From Octopus bimaculoides (taxonomy: Eukaryota): a stretch of DNA of 64,000 bases. This document shows, piece after piece, positions 10,481 to 24,511 of this stretch (positions within the stretch are counted from its first letter, which is position 1; every line of letters starts with the position of its first letter). The position numbers and the translations under genes were made by a program. Location of the stretch: NCBI RefSeq assembly GCF_001194135.2, contig NC_068997.1, positions 49,897,796-49,961,795 on the forward strand. The letters run 5' to 3'. Under the pieces are notes generated by a model. The model worked only from the letters and a program-made list of their open reading frames with translations, did no database searches and was not told the origin of the DNA.

Positions 10481-13400
10481 ATTATTTTAGTCTCTAAGCA
10501 CTGATGAAAAGTTTGGTAAAAAAATCATAATGGAGTATCCTGTATGTTGTAAATCTATTTGGTCTTATGCATCTGAGGAGATGCATAAAAAACATATAAT
10601 AACAGATAATAACTTTATCACAAAATGCTATGATGATAAAAATAAACCTTCTTTTCTATAATGTTATTCAATAAAACCACCTTCAGCTTCAATAGCTACT
10701 TCTATATGAGATCTAAATCATCTGCATGCTCGAATCAAGTGGTTTTGCTTCATTTTGGACATTACTCTGACTCTTAGAATCTTTGGTGTTATGGGCTTGT
10801 TCATTGACCTCTCTCTCAACAATACTCGACATGTAAAAGTCCAATGGATTGAGATTTGGGGAATTAGGAAGGCCAAATGTTAGGGGTTGTGTGACCATGA
10901 AAATTTTCAGCCATCCATTCCTGTGTTACTAGAGCCATGTGTGATAGTGCAGTCTTACTGAAACACACATGGCCTTCCTTTGCAGACAGTCTATCCAGGG
11001 CTTAATTATTTCCAGGACCTCAATGTAGGCGGCAGAGTTAAATCTAAGGCCTTGTGGAAAGAAGTAAGGAGGCATCACATGTCCTTCATTGCTGACAACC
11101 CCTAAAACCATGACAGTTATAGGAAATTTTGTATGCATAACACTTGGATCTTCAGAAGGGTCTGCACATAACCATCTGCCATTTCTTCTGTCAACTTTTT
11201 GATCTTGGTCGAAGTTTTTCTCGTTTGAGGAAAAACCAAATCAAATCTTCTTCTGCTGGATTTTTCAGTTTGTTTAGGAGTCTTTTAGATCTGATGTAGT
11301 GATTTTCTTTTGCTTTTTCTGACAAATTGACCTTTCTTCATCATATAATGTCTTTGTGGACAACATTTCTGACTGTTCCTTCTGACACATGGAGATCTTT
11401 TGCAACTGACCTCATTGACTTTCTGGTGTTGTAATCAATGGTCTGTTGAACTTGCAGGATTAATTCAGGTGTTCTGATGAGTTCAGAACATTTAGAATGT
11501 TTTTTATGCTTTGATACTGGTGATACGTTTCCATATTCATCTTCTAACTCCTTACAAACTTTATAGACAAAAGATCTGACAACTTTTAAAAATCAAGATA
11601 TTTCTAAATCACTATGCTCAGCATTTGTAATCACAATAACAACATAAGTCTTCATTGCCCCGCTGTGTGATATGGTGGGCTCTGAGGGGGCTAGGGATTG
11701 ACGAGTGGCTGGTGAAATCTGTACAGACCATGGGCAAAGTCACTGTCAGTAAGGCGGGAGTTAACCACGAGTACAGCGAAGAATTTGGTATACAGGGTAG
11801 GAGTTCATCAAGACTCAGTCCTTAGTCCCCTCCACTGTCCGCCAGGCCACAACAGAAGAATTCAAGACCGGTCGCACCTGGGGAGCTACTATATGCTCAT
11901 GATCTTGCCTTCATAGCGGATTCTGTATGAGAGCCAGACGAGAAATTCCAGGTGTGGAAATAAAACTTGGAATTTAAGGGCCTAATGGTTAACTTAGCAA
12001 AAACTAAGGGCCTCGTAAGCAAGAAAACTGACAGGACCCTACCCCACTCAGATAGGTGGTCCTGTTTGATTTGTAGGAAAGGTGTAGGCAGGGACTTTAT
12101 ACGGTGTACCCAGTGTAAGCTATGAACACACAAGCGGTGCAGTCAATTAATAAGAAGGTTATCGGAGAAGATAGCTTTCGTATGTGGAAATGCACAGGAT
12201 CCAGGAAAAACTTTCGAGACTCGGGAAATTGATTCTCTCAAATACCCTGGTGGCTCAGTAGAGGTAGTCGATAATTTCTGCTGCCCAGGGCACCAAATTA
12301 GTAGCGGGGGAGGATGCACAGAGAGTGTGATAGCTAGAATAAGAATAGGATGAAGGAAATTCAGAGAGCTGTTACCTCTGTTAGCCACGAAAAGTTTCTC
12401 TTTCCGAGTGAAAGGAAGATTGTATGATGCCTGTATACAGACAGCACTTCTACATGGTAGTGAGACGTGGGCCCTAAATGCAGAGGACATGCAAAGGTTA
12501 GAAAGGAATGTGGCTGGTATGCTCCGCTGGAGGTGTAATGTAAGTTTAATTAGTGTACAAGAGAGAAGACTGCGCTGGTTTGGTCATGTGATGCGGATGG
12601 ATGCCGACAACTCCATAAAGAAGCGCCGATCTCTCAAAGTAGATGGAACACGTGGAAGTTGCAGACATCGGATGTAGTACTGAAGAATGACCTCAGGAAG
12701 CTGAACCTTTCAGGGGATCAAGGTACCTGGCGCCTTGCTGTACTCAAGAAGACCTGCACTCCGCTGCAGAAGTGTTAAGACCGCTCCCGCTAGTGGTGAA
12801 AAGCACTCGTGGCGGTACCACGTAAAAGCACCCAGCACACTCTGAAAAGTGGTTGGCGTTAGGAAGGGCATCCAGCCTTAGAAACCATGCCAAACCAGAC
12901 TGGGGTCTGAAGCAGCTTACTAGCTCTGATCAAACCGTCCAACCCATGCCAGCATGGTCAGCGGACGTTAAACAATGATGATGATTCTTCGGAGATGGTA
13001 TCACCAATCTGAAACATTTTGTTTGGCAATTTCCGTAAAAGAATTTTATTTCTTTAATATTTTTTTTTTCAACTTACTCACCGACCTATATAGACATACA
13101 TTTATAAACTTACATAAATATTCATATATACACATACATACACTAAAAATACACACATTAACGATTTGTGAAAACATAAAAGATGTATGTATGTGTATGT
13201 GAGTGTGTTCAAGTTTGTGTTTCTCTGTTTAACACGCTCTCCCGTGAACGTCAAAGACAATGGTGTGTGTGTGTATGTATGTGTGTGTGCGCGCGCACGC
13301 GACCGTATATTTCATTGTTCTTCTGGAAAAAAAAAAGACGAGATGGTCTTTGTTGGAATGTCTCTGATCCAGTGGTGTAGCGTGTCTCTTGACTGTGCCT

Positions 13401-14365
13401 CTTCCTTGAACATAACATACCCTCAACTCTCCATGTTTTGATGATCAGTCGGTTCGGTCAGAGGTGACTTGGGGCTTAATCTACAGCAGTGACTCTAAAC
13501 GGGGGTCCAAACGACGACCCTTGTGTGTGGGGGGGTCCATATTAGACTTTGTTGTTAAAATTCATCTGCAAAAGATTGATTATGCTTCTTACTGTACACA
13601 AAATATTTTAACGATTTTTTTATACAATTCCCGATAATATTTAATTATGAAAAATGTAATTAGATTTTTAAAACATTGAATAGTTTATGAAAGTCCACCA
13701 GAGTAAAATTGTCTGCCTGCAAATAAAGACGAGTTGGTCATGACTTAAGGAGCGCCGAGCGAACGTTCCGTTTATTCAACTCATCCGCGCGTGCTGCCTT
13801 TAGTCTACCGAAGCCGTGACGACCGCGTTCCTTCTCCTCCTTCCTCTCCTTCACCTCTTCCCTTTCCTCTTCCTTAACAACAATAACAACAGCAACCACA
13901 CTTCAACTGTAATACAAACTCTTTCACCACCATCGCCATCACCATCGCAGTAGTCATGACACGGCAGACAACAGCAACAACAATACTAACGTGATGTGCA
14001 ACAAAACTAACACTTCCTCTATATCGGCCGCCGCTGCTGCCTCCACCACCGTCACCACCGCCACCACCAACACCACTACCACCACCTCCACCGCCACCGT
14101 CATCAAGACCACCACTACAAACAACAACACCAACATCAGTGAACTACGAATGGCCGAGTCAGTCGGATACCGAAGGATCGGTGGTTCGTTCCCAGTTACA
14201 TTTAGTTTAATGTATCCATGGCCGACACACTCACTCCCTCTGGTTGTAAGTAAATTTTGTATTTCACTTCGTTGTCTCATTGTTTTCAAACATGCTCAGG
14301 TTGCCGGATCGAATCGAGTCTTGTCTGAAATCTTGTACCTCACTCAATCGTACCTTTCCCCTCAC

Positions 14366-14416
<51 letters not shown>

Positions 14417-14687
14417 TGCTTCCACTTCTGTTATCAAAGAAAAAAAATAATATATATATAAAACAATGAAGGAACTGTTGTGTACCTTATGGCTGTGTCT
14501 TTTATTATAGCCCCAGGTCGGCCATTTACCTTGTGAGTGGATTTGGTAGACGGAAACTGTGGAAGCCCATCATGTATGTATGTATATACGTCCGTATGTG
14601 TATGTATACACACACATACATACATACATGTATGTATGTAATATACCTACACAAGTCTGACCACCTCGACTTTGTTTCCTCATCACT

Positions 14688-14736
<49 letters not shown>

Positions 14737-16841
14737 NNNNNNNNNNNNNNNNNNNNNNNNNNNNNNNNNNNNNNNNNNNNNNNNNNNNNNNNNNNNNNNN
14801 NNNNNNNNNNNNNNNNNNNNNNNNNNNNNNNNNNNNNNNNNNNNNNNNNNNNNNNNNNNNNNNNNNNNNNNNNNNNNNNNNNNNNNNNNNNNNNNNNNNN
14901 NNNNNNNNNNNNNNNNNNNNNNNNNNNNNNNNNNNNNNNNNNNNNNNNNNNNNNNNNNNNNNNNNNNNNNNNNNNNNNNNNNNNNNNNNNNNNNNNNNNN
15001 NNNNNNNNNNNNCAGAAAATAAAAGAACTTGATGCTCTCATTGTCGGCAGCCAACGTCAATAAATTCTTCGATGATGATCGAAATGATGAAGGCTTCCCA
15101 TATTTGTCACAGGGGAACATCATAAGGACTTTTACAAGTTGTGCGTGGGGTTTACATAAAAGATGAGGGGAAGAACGGGACAGGAGGGCAGGGAGATGAG
15201 ATTAAAGGTATGATACAAAGTGTACAAAATATATGAACATATGGATGATACAGGAGAACCTCCAACTAGAGCCCAATCAAAGAACCTCACAAATCTAGGA
15301 TTATCCTGGCCACCAAGGGCTCTAGCTCTCACCCCAATTGGTGTTCTAGGTCTAGAATCTTTTTCGTTTTCTCCCAGCCATAAATTTTAATCTGGAAATT
15401 TTCAGACAATGTTCTTTCGATAGAGTTTTGCACGCTGATGACGCATATCGCATTTATTATTTTGGAAAATTTATAATAAAGTTAAAAGCATTTTTTTTTT
15501 AAAGGAAAGTGAGGGTAGAGGGTAGCTTTGACAAAAACATTGACGCGCAAGGTTTGAAATTTTGCCGAGGAAGAGGGGGGGGGTCAGTCGATGCCCTTCG
15601 ACTCCAGTACTTGACCGGTTACTTTTTATTATATTGTCCCCGAAAGAAAAGAAAAAAAGCTAAGTTGACCTCGGTGGGATTTGAACTCGGGTCGTAAAGA
15701 GCCGGAGCAAATAAGGCGGTACAACCGCAATCATCATCATCATCATCAACACCACCACCATCGTTATCATTATCACTGTTGTCGTCGCGGCTATCATCGT
15801 CATCATCATCATCATCATCGCTGTTGTCGTCATGATCGTGGTTTTGATCATCATCATCATCATCATCATCAACAACAACCACAGTCACCACCATCACAAC
15901 AACAGCCACACGTTAACGAATCTTGAAGGAAATTTGACTGTTTCGATTTGACGCTACTTTTTCTAAAAACAAAAACACACAAAAACAACCAACCCAAAAG
16001 TATAAAGAAAAAAAAACACAAACAAACAAAAGCGTTCCTTTCTTTGCTATTCAGTCACACACACACATGTGTGTATGTGTGGATATGAAAACCCGATCCC
16101 TCGTCCTCGTTAAACCCACGGCCGACCTCGACTGATTAGGATTGCGCCCCCTTTTTTTTACCGTTCTTTTCTCTTTTCTTTTATATTTTTTGTTGTTTTT
16201 GCACCTTTTCGTTTTCATTTTGAAAACTCCCTAGGCCTTCCTCCTCCCCTTTCCGGTTTTTTTTTACCTGTACTTCGGCGATCGACCTCGTAGCCCATAC
16301 CTGTACGATTTTACTAACAATAACAAAAACAACAATAATAATAATAATCGTTTATTTATTTGCCTCAAGAGTGACGGATTTAATAACAATAACAATATTT
16401 TACCANNNNNNNNNNTTACGCGCGGGGGTGGGGTCGGTCGGTGGGTGGGAGTTGTTGAAATCCAGTGTGACTCTGATCTAGTACACTTATTTTATGATCA
16501 GAGACATTCCAATCATGACCATCCCATCTTGCCCCCACCCCACCCCAACCTTGTTATAATATATGAAAAACGTACCTTAATGTTTCTTTAATTTTTTTTT
16601 TTTTCTTTAAAATAACAGCAGTATAAAATGAGGGTGATCTGGCTGCTATTTTTATCAGGCCTAACACCCTTATATAAGGCTGGCAACAAACATTATTTAC
16701 ATTTGACAGATATTTGTCCTCATCTTGTTTGTTGTTAACACAACATTTCAGCTGATGTATTCTCCAGCCTTCATCAGGTGTCTTGGGGAAATTTCGAACC
16801 TGGGTTTTCATCCCTAAGGTATTTTTCCGATATTATTATTA

Positions 16842-16875
<34 letters not shown>

Positions 16876-19800
16876 AGCAGCAAGCTGGCAGAGTGGTTAG
16901 CATGCCAGGCAAAATGCTTAGCGGCATTTCATCCATCTTTACATTCCGAGTTCAAATTCTGCCTTTCATCCATTCGTGGTCGATGAAGTAAACATCAGTG
17001 AAACTCTGGGGTCGATGTAATCAACTTTATATTATATAATAATAATAATAATCCGAACGTAAAGACTGATGAAATGCCGCTAAGCATTTCACCCAACGTG
17101 CTAACGTTTCTTATTTCTTTATTGCCCACAAGGAGCTAAACATTGAGGGGACAAACAAGGACAGACAAAGGGGTTAAGTCGATTACATCGACCTCAGTGC
17201 GTAACTGGTACTTATTTAATCGACCCTGAAAGGATGAAAGGCAAAGTCGACCTTGGCAGAATTTGAACTCAGAACGTAACAGCAGACGTTTCTGCCAGCT
17301 CGCAGCTTTTGAAACCATAAAATAATGCATGATTAATTCGAAACATTGTGAATAAATAAGCATTGCATTCGACAATAGTTTGAATGCTAAAGGGTTAAAT
17401 CTACACTGTCACCGTTTTATGATTTTAAACACAGCTCATAGACCCTGACCCCAGAGCTATATTAACGTTGAAGGCCTCCAAGGGTTTGCAGGTCCCCATG
17501 TTAGGAACTGCTGATATTGAGGTTTCCATGACAGGAACATTATCAAATTGTTAATGTTTTTTCTTTTTTGTTATGTGCTACTGTTTTGACAGTTGCCAGT
17601 GTTTGTATTGTTATTTTTCTTGTTATTTTCTTTTGCATGTAACCACATGTTGCTGTGCAGAATTACCCCCAAATTAACCTCAAGTTCCCCAGTTTGGATG
17701 TGGGAGATGCTAAAGCCGACACACCATCTCAGGCACCGTCTTTGTTCATTACCGATATTCAGCAGCTGATACTTAATGCCGTCCTTAAAGGAGACGCTTG
17801 CATGAAGCCAAGGTAAATATAAACACTTCCCTTTGGTAAACATAACATTTTATTTTGCTTCTGGTTGGACAGATAGTTGTTCGCTGAGCACATCTTCACC
17901 CTTTTCTCACCATATTTCTGTTGATTCTAAATGGCCATCCTTAGAGATATTTGCATGAAACTTAGGCAAATATAACCTTTGGTTAGATATTTGGTTCTGC
18001 AAGCATGGCTGGTACCTGTAATTCATTCTTGGGTTACTATACTGCTATTGAAATTCGCTGTCTTCGCTTCAGTGAGTTTACAGTTAATTTTCAAAATAAA
18101 CTTTTCTACTCTAGGCACAAGGCCCAAAATTTTGGGTTCAGATTCTGCCAAGGCTGACTTTGCTTTTCATCCTTTCGGAGGTCAATGAAATAAGTACCAG
18201 TTACACACTGGGGTTGATGTAATCAACTTATCCCCCTCCCCAAAACATCTCAGGCCTTGTGCATATAGTAGAAAGGATTATTATTGTTGTTGTTATTACC
18301 TCCACCTTCACTAAGGTGGAGGTATTGTTTTTAGTCACATTTGTTTGTCTGCCCGTGGACAAGATATCTCAAGAACTGCTGAATGGATTCAGATGAAACT
18401 TTCAGGGATGTTTGGCCCCATGACTGGCGCGAACTGATTAGATTTTGGGATTGATCCAGTACCGGACAAGGATTCTGGATTATATTTCCTGTGTTTTTAC
18501 TCAATTTTTGTGACCGGCCAGGTTCATTTTTAGTATTGTCATTTGTGAGAGCAGTGGAGTTTATTTCAGATTTTCTCATTTAAAAAAATCTTCTCTGGCT
18601 AATTGTTGAGAGGACGTTGGTGTTGTCTTGGCAGAGGTTTGCACTCTATGAGTGTTCTTGTTATTAATAGATTCCTCTGTTATATTTCCAGGTGGTGTGA
18701 ACTGAAATACAGCCAATTGATCTCTTCCACTTTTGTCATAGTTTTGAAATCTGTCAGCATCAAAGACTTCAAGAAATATCACAGCTGTTTCCCAAATGTG
18801 TGCAGAGATTTCAATAAGGTTTGTTGTTTATTGTTGTTTAGCCCTGACCAAATTGGCCCTGACTTTTGCAGACCATTAAATGAAGAGCATTCTCCCCGTG
18901 ACCATTCTGCCTTTGTTTTAAGCTGTTCTTTCTAGGAGGTCAAACAACCACAGAGAGGGCCATCCTTCATTGTTTGCTGTTAGTAACTACAATACCTTAA
19001 TTTCTTTTGCCTTTAGTACCTTCAATCTGGTAGTAATACCACCACCACCATTTGACTTGTGGGTGACTTTCATGGAGCCTACTTCCCTGCAGGCATTTAA
19101 GCCAGGTTTCCAGGCTGAGAATAACTTACTTTCTTTCAGTCTCAGAGACTCAGAAAACATTACGAGCAATGCCCTTCTAAAAAAAGCCCTATACAATCCT
19201 ACCCATTACCAAAATGTGATCTTCTTCTTCTTACTACTACTACTACTACTACTACAACAACAAACATTTATGTGAATCTGTATATGTTGGAAAATTTTTT
19301 AAATTTTTTAACAAGTGAGTGATGTATAGAGGGATTAGACCAAATCCTTCATGTGACCCACACTGCCAACACCACACTTCTTCTTCTTCTTCTTCTAAAT
19401 AAAATGACAAAGGATTAAGGGATTATGTTGTGAACACCATTAGCTTGCATCTGTTTCTGCTATAAGATGCAATGCACTCATAATTGAACTCTTGTGTATT
19501 ACCCTGTAGCTTTGTCAGAGCTTCAAACAGGAAGAGCAATTCTCTGCAGCTATAGGGTGCTGCATATATTGAGTTCTAACCCCAGGTTATTAGTATCACT
19601 AAGCCTTGTTTGTCCCCTCTATGTTTAGCCCCCTGTGGGTGATAAAGAAATAAATATATCGGTTTCTAACATTAGCATGCAAGGCGAAATGCTTAGCAGT
19701 ATTTCGTCAGTCTTTACGTTCTGAGTTCAAATTCCGCCGAGGTCAACTTTGCCTTTCATTCTTTCGGGGATCGAGTAAATAAGTACCAGTTATGCACTGG

Positions 19801-22800
19801 GGTCGATGTAATCGACTTAATCCATTTGTCAGTCCTTGTTTGTCCTCTCTATGTTTAGCCCTCCACCTGTGGGCTATAAAGAAATAAATATTTTTAAAGT
19901 GTCTGGTTCAGATGTCTTCTTTGTGGATTTCTTTCAGGCTACAGAAGTGATAAGTTCAGCTCAGTTTGGAATTAGCACAGAGTGTGAATTCTTCAAGGTC
20001 CAAATAAACAGCATTCAACTCTTCAAGTATGGCAGTACGTGTCAACCATGTTTCTCATTTTTTTTTTTTTTTTTGCTGTCTTTTCCATGTAATTAATGTT
20101 TCAATTGTTTTTTTTGTTTTTTTAAATGGCTGTGAGGTTAAGGTTGTGGACTACTGGTACCAGTATTGTAAGTTCAAACCTTACTGTTGCTACATTTATT
20201 GTTCAGAGTGGGCCAAAAGCCATGCACCAAATAATAGTTTCAATACACTCTGGAATTGTCAAAGACATGCTTCGGTTTTTGTATAATTGGTTAAAATAAA
20301 TAAGATAAAGATGAATACACACATACTTGTCAAACTGTCCAACCCATGCCAGCATGGAAAGCAGGCGTTAGTGGTGATCCATATTAGTCTGGCCTCTGTC
20401 CTTTGATCTGTCCAGTCACAACAAGGACTGGACCTTGTGGTGGATACGGTGGCCCTTAACATAAGATATATTGTTTGCTTAGGATGCAGAATGACTGAAT
20501 GGCCAAGAAGATCACCTCACTTCACAATCACGAGATCTTGAGTTTGATCACACACACACACACAGACTCACGCACACATTGCATCATCATCATCATTGTT
20601 TTAACATCCACTTTTCCATGCTTTCATGGGTCGAATGGAATTTAATGAACTTGTCGAGGCAGATTTTTCTACAGCGCTTCTGTGCCCCTACCTGTCGCCA
20701 ACTCTCACCTGTTTCCAAGTAAGGTAATATTTCCCCAAGGATGGACATGTTATTTCATAGAAGACTGGAAACAAACAGGATTGCTTGTACGATGACGATG
20801 ACGACGACTTGTAAAAGTCAAAAAATATGTACTTTACTAAAAATTAATGAATGATCTTTCAGTTTTATGTTAAATTATTCTTATAAATAAATTAACATAA
20901 AAACGAGCATCAACCCTTTAGCATTCAAATCAGCCATATCTGGCCCAAATATTGTACCTGTTTTATGGTCAAACTGACCAGATCTGGCCTCTCACACCTA
21001 CCCTACAATGTCATTCTAAAAATAAACAATGACATCATTGAAATCTCAAAGCTGCAAGATAATACATGATTAATTTTTAAAAATGTGAATAGATAAGCAT
21101 TAAACTTGACATTAATGTGAATGCTAAAAGGTTAATATGTGTGTATGTATATATATCCTTTTATTTTCTCTTGAACAACATGTTGGTTTTGGCTATCCAG
21201 GAGTACTGCCATATATATATATCTCTCTCTCTCTCATTGCTATTATGTTAAACTGTAGTATGTCCAAATTTGGCCAAATGTGTTTGTTTTAATATTTATT
21301 TTTCTTTGCAATAGCCGGTTCTTTTGGTCAAACTATCATATCTCCAGCTGGTTTCAGATGCCAAGATATCAAAAGTTGTCAAAGTGTAGTAGAACAACGG
21401 TTTTGCTATGGAATGGTGAAACTATTTTTTTCGTTTTCTGAAAAAGCAACGTTTTGGACTTAGGACACTTTTGCATAATAGCAACGATATACATATTCGA
21501 AATAATTTAATCATTTATTATGAAATATGTTTTAACTGAAAGTAAAAACGAAATTTTTTTTTTTTTTTCACATTTACAGCAAAAAAACACCAAAAGAATC
21601 TGTTTGAGAAAGNNNNNNNNNNNNNNNNNNNNNNNNNNNNNNNNNNNNNNNNNNNNNNNNNNNNNNNNNNNNNNNNNNNNNNNNNNNNNNNNNNNNNNNN
21701 NNNNNNNNNNNNNNNNNNNNNNNNNNNNNNNNNNNNNNNNNNNNNNNNNNNNNNNTTCTACAAATGGCAAGAGAAAACTACCCCTTGCCAATCAAAAGCA
21801 AATGGGGTATGTATTAATTTTATTATTTCTAGTCGTTGTTAAGCCGGTAGGCTCGTTAGCACATCAGACGAAATGCCTAATGACTTTTCTTTCAGTTCTT
21901 TATGCTTTGCGTTCAAATTCTGCTGGGGTTGACCTTTTCTTTTATTCTTTCGGGGTTGATAAAGTATCAGTCAAGTACCAGGGTCCATGTAAGTGACTTG
22001 CCCGCTTCTCCTAATGCTGTTGGCCTTTTGCCAAAATTTGAAACCATTATTATAATTATTTAGACAGTGAGCTTGCAGAAACATTAGCGCATCAGATACA
22101 GTGCTTAACAGAACTGTATGGTTGAGAAGTTTGTTTTGCAATTCAGAATCTTGTTATTTTAAGTTCTCTCTCTGCTTCAGTAGAATTTTGTTGAGATAGT
22201 CTAGAGCAGGGGTTGGTGAACCGGGGTAAATTACCCCAAGTGGGTATAAATGAAATTCCTGGTGCTAATGAGAATTCATTAGACATAAGTAAAATTATAT
22301 AAGAAATATGTTCCTTGTCATGACAGAATTTTTTCTTCTGGCAACACTGCATCTGTCCAATGTAATGGACATGTTTAGGAGACTATTTTTTGCAATACAT
22401 TTTGAATTCAAAGAATCTATGACTTTCTTCCTTTCAAATCAAGAGAGTAACGCTGGCATAAATAAATACATTCTGGGGTAACTGGTTAGAAAAGTTTGCC
22501 AACCCCTGGTCTAGTGTTTGTAATCATCATCATCCATTCATGCTGCTTGTATGGATTCCAGTAACTCTGTCACCACCACCACTACCATCATCAACACCAT
22601 TTGATGTCCATTTTCCATGCTGGCATGAGTTGGACTAATGGTATGAGTTCTATTATTCATAGTTGAAGTGGAAGCTTATGGATGCATTTCAGTTACTCTC
22701 TTGATAAGAGTTTGGTGATCCAAGCTGTTGATCTGGAATTTCTCTGCTCAGCATCAGTGTAAGATGTGTTCTTCTGCTGCCTCTTCACAGTCTGCCATAC

Positions 22801-24480
22801 TGCAGTCCCACAACTTTGCCATACCTCTGGCAGGGTGGCTGAATGAGTACTTTGCCTTACCAAAGGGCAGCTTGTAATTATGCAGGGCTCAATCGTCACT
22901 CCATGTTTCCAGTACCCCCTCCATACCCATAATAGTCTGTAATGTATAACATATTTTCTATCTTTAGTTAACCTGTTCGTTACTGTATTTATTTTGAGAT
23001 GCTCTGTGTTTCTCTCAATTACTTTAATTATAACAAAGAATTTAGTAAAATAACTTAGTTATCATTAAGCTAGTGTTAGGAACATAAATTGTGACTAAGG
23101 TTTGATGGAAGATTTTAATTCAAAACTTATGAAAGCAAGACATTTGTACTCAGAGCCAGAGGTGGTTTCAGCCGGATTGGTAACGAAAGAGTTAAGAATG
23201 AATGTTATAGAATTTCAATCTATTCTTTTTTTGCTTTAAATGTTTGTTTATTTGATTCTGAGGAATGGTATTTCCTTCTAATTCTTTAGGCTTTTACGAT
23301 GATTATATTTTTTCCAAAGAAAGCTATGAAAAAGTTACAGATAAAAGCCCCATATTTGGTCTGGACTGTGAAATGGTGAGTATTTACAGCAACAACATTA
23401 TTATTTGGATTTGGTTACTAAATGAAAGCTGCCGACATAAATGTCATTTCATTCTCTTCTGGAACAGCTTGTTTTTGTATTTGTATCATATTGTGTATGT
23501 GCATCGTGCTGTGTGTGTGTGTGTGAGTTTGTGTTCATTTCATGCTGTGTGTGTGTGTGTGTGTGTTTGTATCATGTTGTGTGTATGTGTGTATCGTGTT
23601 GTGTGTGTGTTTGTGTTCATATTATGCTGTGTGTGTGGCTGTTTGTATTGTGTTGTGTGTTTGTATCATGCTGTGTGTGTGTTTGTATCATGTGTATGTT
23701 TGTGTTTGTATCATGCTGTGTGTGTGAGTGTGTTTTCTTTGTAGGGTCAGGTATGGCTGTGTGGTAAGAAAGTTGCTTCCCAGCCACATGGTTTTAGGTT
23801 CAGTTCTACTGCATGACACCTTGGTGAAGTGTCTTCTGTTATAGCCCCAGACCGACCAAAGCCTTGTGAGTGGATTTAGTAGATGGAAACTGAAAGAAGC
23901 CCGTGCATGTATGTGTGGGTCATTGTGTCTGTGAATTGACTGGATATAATTCTTTCTCCTTTCAAGAAGTTTGTATGTGTTATTTTTTTATTTCTAAAAA
24001 CAAATCTTAATTTCAATAGATTTTTATCTGCAAATGTAGTTCCCTCTATAGGTTAATTTGATCTTGCTGATAAAAGGCTGGATATTGCCTGATGAAATGG
24101 TGTGGTTATGCAATAATATAAAATTATATCATAATATTTTGCATTGTTGAATAAACAACCAGACTATTGAAATGCATGTAACTTTGCTTTGAGCTGCCCA
24201 TTATATATATCTTTGTAATTATGTACATGTAAATAATTAAATGTCTTGTTCAATTTTCAGTGTAAAACCTCTGATGGTGTCTACTCTTTAACGCGTGTCT
24301 CCTTAGTTAATGAGAAACTAGAAACTGTCTATGACACTCTCGTAAAACCAAAACATAAAATCATTGATTATCTCTTTCGGTAAGGCAAACGAAATGAAAC
24401 CAACAAGGTTTTTCTTGATTTTATACTTTGTTGAAGATTGCTGTTTCCAGCTTTGTGTTTTTCTCATGTTTTTTTAATTT

Positions 24481-24511
<31 letters not shown>

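Noticed and set aside
15013-15480. Named protein-coding exon in the unique sequence after the gap
   Set aside because: Several short open frames on both strands but none matches a family I recognise; kept only as part of the CpG-island finding.
21315-21414. Possible extra REXO5 exon (TGSFGQTIISPAGFRCQDIKSCQSVVEQRFCYGM)
   Set aside because: Open in a compatible entry phase but with a weak donor and no recognisable homology; it cannot be tested because the next exon contains a gap.
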